Assembly: GCA_048937405.1 (NCBI GenBank)
Contig: JBHLNF010000009.1
Span: forward strand, 96,001-160,000
From: Promethearchaeota archaeon
Lineage (GTDB): Archaea; Asgardarchaeota; Lokiarchaeia; Sigyniarchaeales; SOKP01
DNA: 64,000 bases
Direction: 5' to 3'
A program made the translations under genes and the position numbers. The notes below the pieces were generated by a model. It did not search any database. It saw only the letters and a list, made by a program, of their open reading frames with translations, and was not told the DNA's origin. Shown here piece after piece: positions 9,637 through 20,276 of this stretch; the first letter of the stretch is position 1, and each line of letters starts with the position of its first letter.

Positions 9637-9888
9637 TTACTCATTTTTTCTTGATTTCATCTTAATATCTATCTCTGAGATCAAATAACATAAAATATCA
9701 TATGTTGGACCAGAAAAGAATATTTCAGCAGCTTTTTCTCTTATCCTACTTTCAATATTATAATTTGGGTCTCGTTGAACAAATAGTTCTCTTTCTGCTA
9801 ACATCCAACACAATTTATCATAAGTATATCCTTTCTGCGCGAGATAGTATGCTGCCACATTAACCTGTGAAATTTCATCACTATTCAT
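9637..9888 (-). CDS. Stand-alone homolog of the C-terminal domain ('domain X') of Asgard one-domain gelsolins
   Basis: AAYYLAQKGYTYDKLCWMLAE aligns with AAYFLSLDKYSYNDLCWMLAE in 34462..35328. Confidence 0.8.
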   Translation of the reverse strand: MNSDEISQVNVAAYYLAQKGYTYDKLCWMLAERELFVQRDPNYNIESRIREKAAEIFFSGPTYDILCYLISEIDIKMKSRKNE

Positions 9889-10131
9889 CTTAATCAGATT
9901 TTTAATTTTTTTTTATTTAGTTTTTTTTGAACCTTACTTAATTAATAGTCTTCATACTTTTAATTCCAATTCTTAAATGAAATTTGATCAACAAGGATAT
10001 TTGAATTTTATTTTTCTAGAATTAATTTTAGAGATAGCATCACAGATAATTTTCTTTACCTTGAAAAAGTAAGCAGATTAAATAATATGTAATTCCTTTT
10101 TTAAATAATACATTAATTAATTGAATTAAAA

Positions 10132-11016
10132 ATGGATGATACTGAATTTTATACTTATAGAAAAGTAAAAGTGGAAAGAGGAAAATTTGAGCTACCCCCC
10201 CTACTAATTGGAACAATCTTCTATCAAAATGAAACTCTTGTTGATCGAAAAAATCCTGAAATTTTTGACCACCAAAAAGCGATTAAACGTATTAAAACAC
10301 AACAAACCTTATCAGAAAGATTTAAGATACCCAATTTAGTGGAAATATCTGCTAATACCCCTAAATCAATGATAAAATATTTAGAGTTTTATTTAGACAA
10401 TTTTGATCCTCCTTTCGTATTAGGAGGAGATTTTGAATCAAGGGTAGTTGGAATTGAATATCTTAATGAGCATGGTATAAAGCCAGATCAGTATATATAT
10501 AACACAATTTCAAATTTGAAAAACAAGAGAGAAGTAGAATTATTGCAGAAAAATAAAATAAAGTCAGTTGTAATATTAATTCTAGGTTCGGGAAATATGA
10601 CATCAACACAAAGATATGGATATATCACTCATAAAAATCAACCTAATAATGAGAGTTTAATTGATGGATTAAAAAAAATTGGAATTGAACAACTCTGGAT
10701 AGATGGTGGTGTTGTGAATTTAGAAAGTTTGGCTCATATAATCGAAACACAGCAATTAATCAGTACGTCATTAAAATTTCCTGTTGGTACAGCACCAAAT
10801 CTTTTTCTCTTTCCATATTCTTCCCCTCGATTAAATATAAAATATCTTACCAGATATCGAAGAGCTAGTATAATGTTTATTGTAGCATGGTATAGCAATT
10901 TTATATTTTATGGTGCGATTGAAGATGCTAAGGAATCCTTTGCATCGGTGTTTCAGTCAATAGAATTCAAAAACGTAATAAAAAGAGGAAATATTAAACT
11001 TTTTAATCAATCCTAA
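10132..11016 (+). CDS. MtrH-like pterin-dependent methyltransferase (divergent)
   Basis: PPLLIGTIFY, IYNTI, FPVGTAPN, FIFYGAIE match the MtrH/MtgA family. Confidence 0.75.
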   Translation: MDDTEFYTYRKVKVERGKFELPPLLIGTIFYQNETLVDRKNPEIFDHQKAIKRIKTQQTLSERFKIPNLVEISANTPKSMIKYLEFYLDNFDPPFVLGGDFESRVVGIEYLNEHGIKPDQYIYNTISNLKNKREVELLQKNKIKSVVILILGSGNMTSTQRYGYITHKNQPNNESLIDGLKKIGIEQLWIDGGVVNLESLAHIIETQQLISTSLKFPVGTAPNLFLFPYSSPRLNIKYLTRYRRASIMFIVAWYSNFIFYGAIEDAKESFASVFQSIEFKNVIKRGNIKLFNQS

Positions 11017-11180
11017 AAATAAAATGCTTTTTATTCTTATACAAAGATATCTAAATTCAAATTTATGATAAAAAGCTATTAATGCTAAGGTTTTAATATC
11101 ATAATTAAGCTTATGTATTTGCATAATAATTTTAATTTATCAATTTGATTACCCGATTTTATGAATAAAAGGAGTATGAG

Positions 11181-12329
11181 ATGATGGATAATCGTTATAC
11201 TGATGAGAAAGAGCTGGAGGCTATAAAACTAATTGATCAAGCAGAAACCTTTGCCGATCGCGGAAAAGGAAAGGAATCTATTCATTTTTACGAGAAAGCA
11301 GCTTCTATTTATCTTGAGCTAGGGAGTTACATTAAATTAGATGAACTTTACATTAGAATTGCTCAAATTATATCACAATTTAAGGATAACATTCAAGCGG
11401 TTTATAGATTAAAATCTATTATTAGAAAAACTGAAGAACTTAAACTTTATGAAGTTTCTGCAAAATTATTGATTCAATTAGGAAATCTATCATTTAATAT
11501 GCATGACTGGGAATCTGCTGGGGAAGCTTGGGAAAGTGCTTCAAATTATCTATTTCAAACTGATCCTGAAGAATATATCAATCTCTCTTCAATACTTCTC
11601 TTAAAAGCTGGGCAATCCTTTGAACGATCTAGAATTAAAAAGGATGAAGGTAAACGTCTGATTCTAAAAGCAGTAATGAAAATAAATAAATTTGATGAGC
11701 TCTATGAACAAGAAGAAAAAAACGCATTAAATTTGTTAATTAGGAAGGAGTTTGATGCTTCTGCTAAGAAATTCAATAATATTGCTTCATATTTTAAAAA
11801 AGCTCTAGCTGATTTAGATAATATAATAGATAAAGAAGAATCAGAAGAGACTTACCTCAATACAAAAGCTAGATTTATACATTTTGTAGCAGAATATCAA
11901 ACAGTATCTGCTTTATGCTTAAGGGTATCTGAAAATCATATTTACAATGAGAGAATAAAACAACTTGGAAATGAATCTTTTGAATTATTTAAGGAATCTA
12001 TTTCCATGCTTAAGACATATTTAGGCCCATTAAAATCAGATTTCGATCATGAAATAATATTAAGAATTACCTTTGATATAATGTTAATGGGAATAATTCA
12101 AGGAATGCTAGGAAAGCATTTTATCAGTCCGAATGATTATCTCTTCGAAGATATTGAGAAAAATAAACAATTGACAAAGGAATTAAAAAATTCACCATAT
12201 TATAAAATAACTGAAAGGATTGAAAAATTAGGGATAAGGGAAGCTCTCGATGAACTTAAAAAAACTCATCTGGGTCATTTTGAGCTGATAAAAAATACTT
12301 TAATCGAATATTTTGAAACCCTCAAATGA
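11181..12329 (+). CDS. All-helical TPR/SNAP-like repeat protein
   Basis: FYEKAASIYLELG, WESAGEAWESASNY helical-repeat pattern. Confidence 0.55.
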   Translation: MMDNRYTDEKELEAIKLIDQAETFADRGKGKESIHFYEKAASIYLELGSYIKLDELYIRIAQIISQFKDNIQAVYRLKSIIRKTEELKLYEVSAKLLIQLGNLSFNMHDWESAGEAWESASNYLFQTDPEEYINLSSILLLKAGQSFERSRIKKDEGKRLILKAVMKINKFDELYEQEEKNALNLLIRKEFDASAKKFNNIASYFKKALADLDNIIDKEESEETYLNTKARFIHFVAEYQTVSALCLRVSENHIYNERIKQLGNESFELFKESISMLKTYLGPLKSDFDHEIILRITFDIMLMGIIQGMLGKHFISPNDYLFEDIEKNKQLTKELKNSPYYKITERIEKLGIREALDELKKTHLGHFELIKNTLIEYFETLK

Positions 12330-12410
12330 TTAACTATCAATAACAGTGTTAATTTATACTCTCAGAAAATAAGAATATAACCTGGTATAGCTATTTTCTT
12401 AATTATTACC

Positions 12411-12566
12411 TTATAATTTATTTAAGATGGAAATTAGATAGCTAGCTTGAATCCCAATAATGTCAATTAATCTTTTTACCTCTTCATCAGTTTTAGGAAA
12501 AACATCAATATTCCCAATTTGAATTTGCTTTAATCCAACTTCTTTAACAACTTTATATGTCTCCAA
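12411..12566 (-). pseudogene. Possible C-terminal remnant of a radical SAM (PFL-activase/AmmeMemoRadiSAM-like) gene
   Basis: 51-codon frame LETYKVVKEVGLKQIQIGNIDVFPKTDEEVKRLIDIIG resembles the AKxAGLKxVxxGN tail; no upstream body. Confidence 0.35.
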
Positions 12567-12785
12567 AATTTAAAAAATTTAGCTAAAACAAAGAAGATAT
12601 AAATCTTGATGTAAAAGAGAGATTTTTAAGATTTTTTATAGAGCAATGAAAGAAAGAAAAAATAAAGATACATTAAAAAAATCATACTATTTCATATATT
12701 GAATTTTCAAGCCCTCTTTGTCTTTTTTGTAGCTATGTAGATATAACAAAAAAGTTTAAATAGATAAATTTATTATGTAACATTA

Positions 12786-12886
12786 AAGTGTTTATTTATC
12801 TAGAGAACTCTTTATAGATTTCTCGTACCACTATTTCTTTATTAATATTATTAAGTTTAATCCTAGATAGTGGTATTTAGACACTT
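12786..12886 (+). promoter_or_regulatory. Putative structured 5' leader RNA (three-way junction)
   Basis: P1 12786-94/12878-86, P2 12803-11/12816-24, P3 12826-36/12865-75; TATA-like tttaaata at 12755-62. Confidence 0.5.
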
Positions 12887-12925
12887 ATATAAAAAGAATC
12901 GAAAAAAAATTGGAGAATTAGGAAA

Positions 12926-14509
12926 TTGAAGATTTTATATGTTAACCCTGCTCGATTAACTTCTGGACTTGATGCCATAATTAAAGGTCCTCCTTTAAGT
13001 TTAATTTCAATTGCTGCAATGGTTCCAGAACATGATGCGAAATTATTTGATTTCAAAGTTCATAAGTATAATGAAAAGAGATTTCTTTCATTATTAAATC
13101 AAAATGACATAGTAGCTCTCACAAGCATGACACCACAAATATCTCATGCATTTGAAGTTGCCCAAATGGCAAAAGAGCAAGGATGCACTACAATAATTGG
13201 AGGATATCAGCCAACTTTAGATCCAGAATCAGTAGCGAGACATCCAGCAGTAGATTATGCTGTACGTGGGGAAGGGGAATATACTTTCCGCGAACTTATA
13301 GAATATATTGATGGTAATAAAGGAAATATACCATTAAGTAAAATTGATGGTGTCTCATATAAAAATAAAGAAGGCATAGTAATTCATAATAAAGATCGTA
13401 GATTAGAACTTAATTTAGATAATTTTCCAATGCCTCGAAGAGATCTATTAGATGATAAAAAATATGTTTATTTAGGTGCTAGGGTTGCTCAACTTGAAAC
13501 ATCACGAGGATGTCCCCATAATTGCAAATTCTGTTGTATTATAAAAATGTGGAGAAATCCAGATCGTCCTGTTACCTATCGTACAAAATCAACAAAAAGG
13601 ATCATGCAAGAAATATATAATATCGATTGGAAAAATGATTTCATTTTTTTCTGTGAAGACAACTTTACTATTAAAGTAAAAAGAACAAAAAAAATTCTTG
13701 AAACAATGATTCATTCGGGAATTCCAAATAAAATGTATTTTTCTTGTCAATCTAGAGTTGATACATTATATCGGAATCCATGGTTAATTGATTTAATGCA
13801 TAAAGCAGGTATGAGGCAAGTTTTTCTCGGAATTGAATCAGTTCATCAACAAAGTCTTGATGCTATGAATAAGCAAAATACTACTCCAGCTATGGTCAGA
13901 AAAGTTGTTACTGAACTTCAAGATCGTGGAATTTCGATTTTTGGTGGTGTTATAATTGGATTTCCTGGAGAAACTAAAACAATGGTGAGGCAAAATATTC
14001 AATTTGCTAGATCATTAAATTTAACCTGTATTCAATTTACACCTATTACCGCATTTCCAGGAACAGATTTTCATAATGAAATGAAAGAAAAAAATATGAT
14101 TACCAGTCACAATTACAAACACTATAACTTATTTCATCCGATGATGAGAACAGAGCAATTGTCTAATATAGAAATGTATAGACTAGTAGCTGAAGCCTAT
14201 TCTGCTTATTATTTAAGCGGTAATTGGTTAAGAGTACTCGCAAAAAGATACTGTAATCCATTTGGTAAATTTAATTGGATGGGTAAAAATGTTCCTCGAT
14301 TTGTTAAAACATGTATTGTGAGTGGTGTAGAAATGCTTCATACAATGGGGATGACAAGTAGTATAATTTCTGAAGAAATGAAACAAATTATGAAGAATGG
14401 AAAAAATATCAAATCTTTTGAAATTCAAAAACCAATAATTCAGGAAAAGAAATGTGATGTTGTACCTCTAGTTAAAAAAAAACAAGAATCAGTTAAAATT
14501 TCCTATTGA
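12926..14509 (+). CDS. Cobalamin-binding radical SAM protein
   Basis: PPLSL, IIGGYQPT, VRGEGE, ETSRGCPHNCKFC, LGIES, IGFPGET. Confidence 0.93.
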   Translation: MKILYVNPARLTSGLDAIIKGPPLSLISIAAMVPEHDAKLFDFKVHKYNEKRFLSLLNQNDIVALTSMTPQISHAFEVAQMAKEQGCTTIIGGYQPTLDPESVARHPAVDYAVRGEGEYTFRELIEYIDGNKGNIPLSKIDGVSYKNKEGIVIHNKDRRLELNLDNFPMPRRDLLDDKKYVYLGARVAQLETSRGCPHNCKFCCIIKMWRNPDRPVTYRTKSTKRIMQEIYNIDWKNDFIFFCEDNFTIKVKRTKKILETMIHSGIPNKMYFSCQSRVDTLYRNPWLIDLMHKAGMRQVFLGIESVHQQSLDAMNKQNTTPAMVRKVVTELQDRGISIFGGVIIGFPGETKTMVRQNIQFARSLNLTCIQFTPITAFPGTDFHNEMKEKNMITSHNYKHYNLFHPMMRTEQLSNIEMYRLVAEAYSAYYLSGNWLRVLAKRYCNPFGKFNWMGKNVPRFVKTCIVSGVEMLHTMGMTSSIISEEMKQIMKNGKNIKSFEIQKPIIQEKKCDVVPLVKKKQESVKISY

Positions 14510-14607
14510 ATTAAACTTAGTAATGAGCTTCAGATCTTTTCAAAAATTGTGGTATAAAAATAGAATTATGACCTTAATTAAAGCCCTATTTTTTAGAATA
14601 CTACCGT

Positions 14608-14931
14608 TTAAAATTTTATTATAAGTCTATTAAATTTCAATTTTGAGATTTTTCGAACTCCATGGTCACCAGATGCATAATCACAAGAAATTAATCCAGC
14701 CTCTTCAAGTTTCTTAATTTGGGCCGATATGTTTGCTTCAGTCATTTTTAAATTAGAAGCGATATTAGAAACATCCATTGGTTCTTCTTGGATATGATTA
14801 AGTATTTTGCGTCTAGTTCGTGAAGATAAGGCTTTAACTATTTTTTCAATTTGTTCATCTGACTCTACAGATATAGATTCAGATTTATTTTGCAAACTAA
14901 CTTCTAAAATACCTGATTGTGTGATTTCCAT
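14608..14931 (-). CDS. ArsR-family HTH transcriptional regulator
   Basis: KALSSRTRRKIL...ANISAQIKKLEEAGLI. Confidence 0.9.
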   Translation of the reverse strand: MEITQSGILEVSLQNKSESISVESDEQIEKIVKALSSRTRRKILNHIQEEPMDVSNIASNLKMTEANISAQIKKLEEAGLISCDYASGDHGVRKISKLKFNRLIIKF

Positions 14932-15776
14932 GAGTTTTTATCCAACCCTTAATAACTTTCTTATGGGGATCTACATTAAACCTATATTTTTGACGATATA
15001 TATATTTTCCTTGTGTATCTTTTGTATGGTTTCAATACATATGATTACATTAATTACAAATGATATTGAAAATCATTGAATATATAAAACAAAATTTTAT
15101 TTGGATAGATATTTGTTTAATAAAAAAAAACAAAGAATCTTAATGATAAACTTGCAATTTTCTAAGAATTCAGCGTAGTATATTTATGACCCTAAAGATT
15201 TTCAATGATAACTTATTCGAGAAAAATTAATTGATTTAATCATTATGAAATCATATCATTTTAATTTTCATAAAATAGCTTAAAAATTTATTAAATAAAA
15301 GTATCATTTTTTAATAATAATTAAATTTAAGAACCTTAAGCACTAGATAATGTGACCTACATTCTTTATTTTTTTGTAAAAATAATTTCTTAAAAAATAA
15401 AGTCAGAAATAAGATATCAATAAATTTCCATAGAATATTTCTCAATTAAGAATAGAAAGATAACTTTCTTAGTATTGAAATATAATAGATGAAAAAATAA
15501 TGAATAATATATTATAAAAGCTTCAAAACCTTAAAATAAGTTAATTTTTCCTTATTTTTTATATCTTATCATTCTAAATTTACGTTCAACAGATGATTTG
15601 AGAACAATTGAAATTAGAATTTTCCTTGATATTAATCATTTATATACTAATATTACTTATGTTACATATATATATAATAATTACAAATAAAAAGATATGA
15701 GTAATTCACAAATGAGCCTAAATTTAGCTCAAAAATCTTAAATGAAAAGAATATTTATTCAGAAAGATGAAATCAA

Positions 15777-16382
15777 TTGAAAGAATCAACTAATGTTATA
15801 ACTGTTAGAATTGATGAAAATTTAAATGATAATTTAGAGAAGGTCCGAAGAAAACTGGGTATTTCTAAAGCTGACCTTATTAGAAACTATTTAGAAATAT
15901 CAAAATATATAATTAAACAAAAAGGTTCACTTCAATCTTTAAATGATCGAGATTTTATGATAGTAAAAAGAAGTTTTTTAAGAAAACTTGTTGAGAAAGA
16001 AGAGGAAGAAGCACAAATTAAGTTAGGAGATAAATTAGCTCGCTTCATAAATGATTGCGCAAGAATAAATAGTAAAATTGATGATATCTTTTATAAATTA
16101 GATTTATGTGATAATTTAGGATTTTTTCGAAATTTTATTGATGATAATAAATATATTTTAATAGATAAGAAATTTGGACCTCAAAAATTTGTGGAAGCCT
16201 TTGCATGGAGAATTTTTAATCAAGAAGAATTCAATGCAAATTGGACTACGTCGAAAATTACTGACCAAAGCAAAATACGAACTGCTTACCAAAAACAGGT
16301 CCAACCAATTGATATATCCTCCTCCCATTATTCCTTTGAATTTGCTAAACTAACTGATGGAGAAGAAGAATATAATTTTTAG
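15777..16382 (+). CDS. CopG/ribbon-helix-helix regulator with C-terminal ligand-binding-like domain
   Basis: VITVRIDENL...GISKADLIR. Confidence 0.7.
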   Translation: MKESTNVITVRIDENLNDNLEKVRRKLGISKADLIRNYLEISKYIIKQKGSLQSLNDRDFMIVKRSFLRKLVEKEEEEAQIKLGDKLARFINDCARINSKIDDIFYKLDLCDNLGFFRNFIDDNKYILIDKKFGPQKFVEAFAWRIFNQEEFNANWTTSKITDQSKIRTAYQKQVQPIDISSSHYSFEFAKLTDGEEEYNF

Positions 16383-16386
16383 ATAT

Positions 16387-18117
16387 TTAACTTTTGTCAA
16401 TTATCTCTTTTAGACCCAATATTGGAGTAATGATCATATTAGGTCTAAATAACATCTCATAGTTTAATTCATGCAATGTTCTTTCGATATAGAAATAAGT
16501 AATCAAAATATAGTCTGCTTTCAGATTTTTTAATATTTTTCCCATCAACTTATTTTCCCATATATTAAGAACATTAAGTACTATATCGAGAACTTTTTTT
16601 AAAGGTCTTGCTGCGCGTCTGAAGAAAAGATTATATAGAATTTCTTCAGGTACTTCATATTTGTCTTTCTGAATAATTCTATTTTCAATAAATTTAAGCA
16701 AAGTGTTGAATTTTATATAGCTGAGAGCCCTTAAAAAAGAGGCTAGATCTTTCTCAATTGGAAATTTACTTTTTTTCTCTTCTAAAGAAAGTTGTGGATC
16801 GCCTTCAAAATCTATGAAATAAAAATTGTATTGGTCATCGATTTTATTATAAAGAATTTGCTCCATGTGCAAATCTTGATGTACAGGTTGAATATTAATC
16901 TTTTGGGCTTTAAATTCTGATTGAAATCTTTCAATAATATCTTTAATATCTATAAGGATTGAGCTAACTTTTGGTAAATTAAAAAATGCGCTTTCTGGTT
17001 GATCCGTCATGTAAGTGAGTAATTCTGAGATCATCGAATTCAATCTTTCTGTGTAGACTTTAAGATAGGGCTTACTATCAACGGTTTCTAAATTATATTC
17101 TGCTTGAGAGGATAAAATTAATGATTTATGTAGATTGTTGATATATCTTCCTATCTCAGAAGATACTCTAATGGTTTCAAAGCAATGATCTTTAATTAAT
17201 TGAGAAATATTTGATTTATTGTCAAATTTTGAATAATCATTATTCGCATCCTTGAATACAGTATTTATCATGTTATTAAGTTCAGTCCAGTATATGTCTC
17301 CCAAATTTCCTTTATTTGGAACACTTTCGATAATTCCAATCGTCTCTTTATCAAGTAGTTTAATTGTTCCATAAATCTTTGGAGCATTTGGAAATTTGTT
17401 TTTAACTAATACAAATAAAGCAGAAGGTTCTATAGTTGTTGAATAAACTTTGTAAGATTTTAGCACATATGAAATTGGGTCTTGTCCGGGAAATTTGTTA
17501 TTAATTATATTTAATGAAAATAAGGTATTTGTAGTGTTTCCTTTCCCTAATTGATTTATTGAAAGGCTATAGCGATCAGGATATAAGCTTGCTTCTACTA
17601 AATTTTGTACTTTTTTCATATTAACTTCATCCTCAAATTGTTTATTATAGAGGATTAATTTTAACTGCAAGGATGGGAATCTCTCTGAGATATTTGTATC
17701 AAATAACATTTTTTTCCAGAAAAAAAGACAAAATTCAGCTTCTAATAAGTTGAGCGTAAATACTTTTTGGTTATTTTCTATATTCATAACCAACTTTTTG
17801 CTGAAAGTATTTTCAGTAAGATCCACTATATTTGAATGTGTTTTTTCACTTGAATCCAGAATTTCTTCAATCTTTTTATAATATATTAGTGGAAGAAAAT
17901 ATGTTTTAGAATAATTTGGAGTCTTAACTTCGATTATTGTGAGAAAAATATTTTCTGTGATATTTTCAAAATATTGGAGAGAAACATCAAAATCTAAATT
18001 TGATAGGCTTGATTTATCCCCAAACCATCTTCTTGATAATAGCCATCCTTTAAACTCGTTTGAATTACAAATTCCTTGAATCATATTTTTTTCTAAAAAA
18101 TTTATCATAAAAATCAT
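16387..18117 (-). CDS. Maltokinase (Mak/Pep2)-like sugar phosphotransferase
   Basis: WLLSRRWFGDKS N-terminal cap, HQDLHMEQIL, IDFEGDP, KDLASFLRAL, ELNYE. Confidence 0.85.
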   Translation of the reverse strand: MIFMINFLEKNMIQGICNSNEFKGWLLSRRWFGDKSSLSNLDFDVSLQYFENITENIFLTIIEVKTPNYSKTYFLPLIYYKKIEEILDSSEKTHSNIVDLTENTFSKKLVMNIENNQKVFTLNLLEAEFCLFFWKKMLFDTNISERFPSLQLKLILYNKQFEDEVNMKKVQNLVEASLYPDRYSLSINQLGKGNTTNTLFSLNIINNKFPGQDPISYVLKSYKVYSTTIEPSALFVLVKNKFPNAPKIYGTIKLLDKETIGIIESVPNKGNLGDIYWTELNNMINTVFKDANNDYSKFDNKSNISQLIKDHCFETIRVSSEIGRYINNLHKSLILSSQAEYNLETVDSKPYLKVYTERLNSMISELLTYMTDQPESAFFNLPKVSSILIDIKDIIERFQSEFKAQKINIQPVHQDLHMEQILYNKIDDQYNFYFIDFEGDPQLSLEEKKSKFPIEKDLASFLRALSYIKFNTLLKFIENRIIQKDKYEVPEEILYNLFFRRAARPLKKVLDIVLNVLNIWENKLMGKILKNLKADYILITYFYIERTLHELNYEMLFRPNMIITPILGLKEIIDKS

Positions 18118-18416
18118 CAGTTCTTTTTTTACTAAATATGCTTGTTAATTTACAAAAACTATTATATTTTTCAATTCATTGAAACTTGGTTAAAACATTT
18201 TATTCACAAGGTCATTAGTAGATTGAAAAATTTGTGTATTAGTCATCTTATTAGTTAAGAGTTTTTCATAGAATCTTTCAAAATTTTTAAGAAATCTTTA
18301 CATTTTTGAACAAAAAATTTCATAGTCTTGATTAAAAATAAAAGTTATATTCATTCATCCTCTATTTTCGATTAAAATATTGAAAAGTTCTTGCCTTAAA
18401 TCATTGAAAGAATCTT

Positions 18417-20276
18417 TTATTTTTTTATACTTACAAATTGACTATTATAGATGTCGGCATAAAATCCATCCTTTGCTATTAATTCTTCATGAGTTCCTTG
18501 TTCAACTATATTTCCCCCATTCATTACGAGAATAATGTCTGCGTTGTGGATTGTTGATAATCTATGAGCTATAATAAAACTTGTACGGTTTACCATTAAT
18601 TTATCCATAGCTTTTTGTATTAATATCTCAGTTCGGGTATCTACGGAACTGGTAGCCTCGTCAAGAATAAGTATTTTGGGATCCGCTAAAACAGCTCGAG
18701 CAATGGTTATAAGCTGCATTTGACCTTGAGATATATTAGTAATTTGTTCATTAATAATCATATTATAGCTATTAGGTAATGAATGGACAAAATCATCCAC
18801 ATGTGCAGCTTTAGCAGCTTCAATGACTTCTTTATCACTCGCATCATTATGTCCATATCGTATATTTTCCATTATAGTCCCATTAAAAAGCCATGTATCT
18901 TGCAGAACCATAGCATATAATGTACGCAGATCTTTTCTAGTGAAATTTCTAATATCTTTTCCATCTACTAAAATAGTACCATCAAGTACATCATAAAAAC
19001 GCATGAGAAGTTTGACAATTGTGGTCTTTCCTGCCCCTGTTGGACCAACGATAGCTATTTTTTTACCAGATTCCGCTAAGGCAGAAAAATTATGGATCAC
19101 AATTTTATTTGGATCATAACCAAAATGTACATTTTTAAATTCGACCTGATAGGTATTTTTATCTTCAATTTTAATAGGATTTATCGTCTCTTCAATTTCT
19201 TCTTCTTCCTCAAGGAATTTAAAGACTCTTTCTGCAGCTGCAATAGTTTGCTGAATAGTGTTAGAGATATTTGCAAGTTGAGTTAGGGGTTGTGTAAAAG
19301 TACGGATATATTGGATAAACGCTTGAATATCACCAATTGATATAGAATTTATTACAACAAGCCAACTACCTAATATGCAAATTCCAACATAACCTAAATT
19401 CCCTATAAAAAACATCAATGGCATCATTAAACCAGAAAAAAAACTCGCTTTCCATGCAGATTTGTAAAGTGTATTATTGTACTCAGTAAATTTTTTAATG
19501 CTTTTTTCCTCTCCGTTAAAAGCTTTCATTACAACATGACCACTAAACATCTCTTCAACATGTCCATTTACATTTCCTAAATATTGTTGTTGTTTTATAA
19601 AATACTTCATAGACCTTTTCATAATTGTGCGCATTAAAGTTAGTGAAATTGGGATAATAATCAACGCAATGAGAGTTAGAAACCAACTGATAGATAACAT
19701 CATTATGAGAACACCAACTACAGTAACAATTGAAGTAATTATCTGGGTAAGGGTTTGACTTAAAGTCTGGTTGATTACATCCACATCATTAGTTACATGT
19801 GCAAGCACTTGACCATGTGTTCTTTTATCGAAATATTTGAGAGGTAATTTGTTAATCTTTGTGGAAATATCTTGTCTTAAGCGATAAGATGTATCTGTGG
19901 AAACTTTGGCCATTATCCAACCTTGTACAAATCTAAATATCGCAGAAAGTACATACAACCCAATTGTTAAAAGAATTATAAATCCAATATATTCAAAATC
20001 AATTGAACCTGTACCTCTTATTTGTTCAATTAAACCTTCAAATAATTTTGTAGTTGCCAAACCTAAAATCTTCGGACCAAAAATGACAGCGGTTGTAGAA
20101 GCTATCGCAAAAATGAAAGCAACTATTACTGCCTTTTTATACCTAGCCATATAAGCAAGTAATTTTCGGATTGTTCCTTTAAAGTCTTTTGATTTACCCC
20201 CCATCATCATAGGGAATGCTCCTCTACCCATTGGACCTCTACTCATTGGACCTCCTGGGGGGCCTCTTCGCATCAT
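18417..20276 (-). CDS. ABC exporter TMD-NBD, consensus-site subunit of a heterodimer
   Basis: GPTGAGKT, ISQGQ, ILDEATS, IAHRL. Confidence 0.95.
   Translation of the reverse strand: MMRRGPPGGPMSRGPMGRGAFPMMMGGKSKDFKGTIRKLLAYMARYKKAVIVAFIFAIASTTAVIFGPKILGLATTKLFEGLIEQIRGTGSIDFEYIGFIILLTIGLYVLSAIFRFVQGWIMAKVSTDTSYRLRQDISTKINKLPLKYFDKRTHGQVLAHVTNDVDVINQTLSQTLTQIITSIVTVVGVLIMMLSISWFLTLIALIIIPISLTLMRTIMKRSMKYFIKQQQYLGNVNGHVEEMFSGHVVMKAFNGEEKSIKKFTEYNNTLYKSAWKASFFSGLMMPLMFFIGNLGYVGICILGSWLVVINSISIGDIQAFIQYIRTFTQPLTQLANISNTIQQTIAAAERVFKFLEEEEEIEETINPIKIEDKNTYQVEFKNVHFGYDPNKIVIHNFSALAESGKKIAIVGPTGAGKTTIVKLLMRFYDVLDGTILVDGKDIRNFTRKDLRTLYAMVLQDTWLFNGTIMENIRYGHNDASDKEVIEAAKAAHVDDFVHSLPNSYNMIINEQITNISQGQMQLITIARAVLADPKILILDEATSSVDTRTEILIQKAMDKLMVNRTSFIIAHRLSTIHNADIILVMNGGNIVEQGTHEELIAKDGFYADIYNSQFVSIKK

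Noticed and set aside
14932-15776. 845-bp spacer as a possible ncRNA, origin or array
   Set aside because: Very AT-rich; no convincing repeats, stems, ORB boxes or adjacent cdc6 seen by eye
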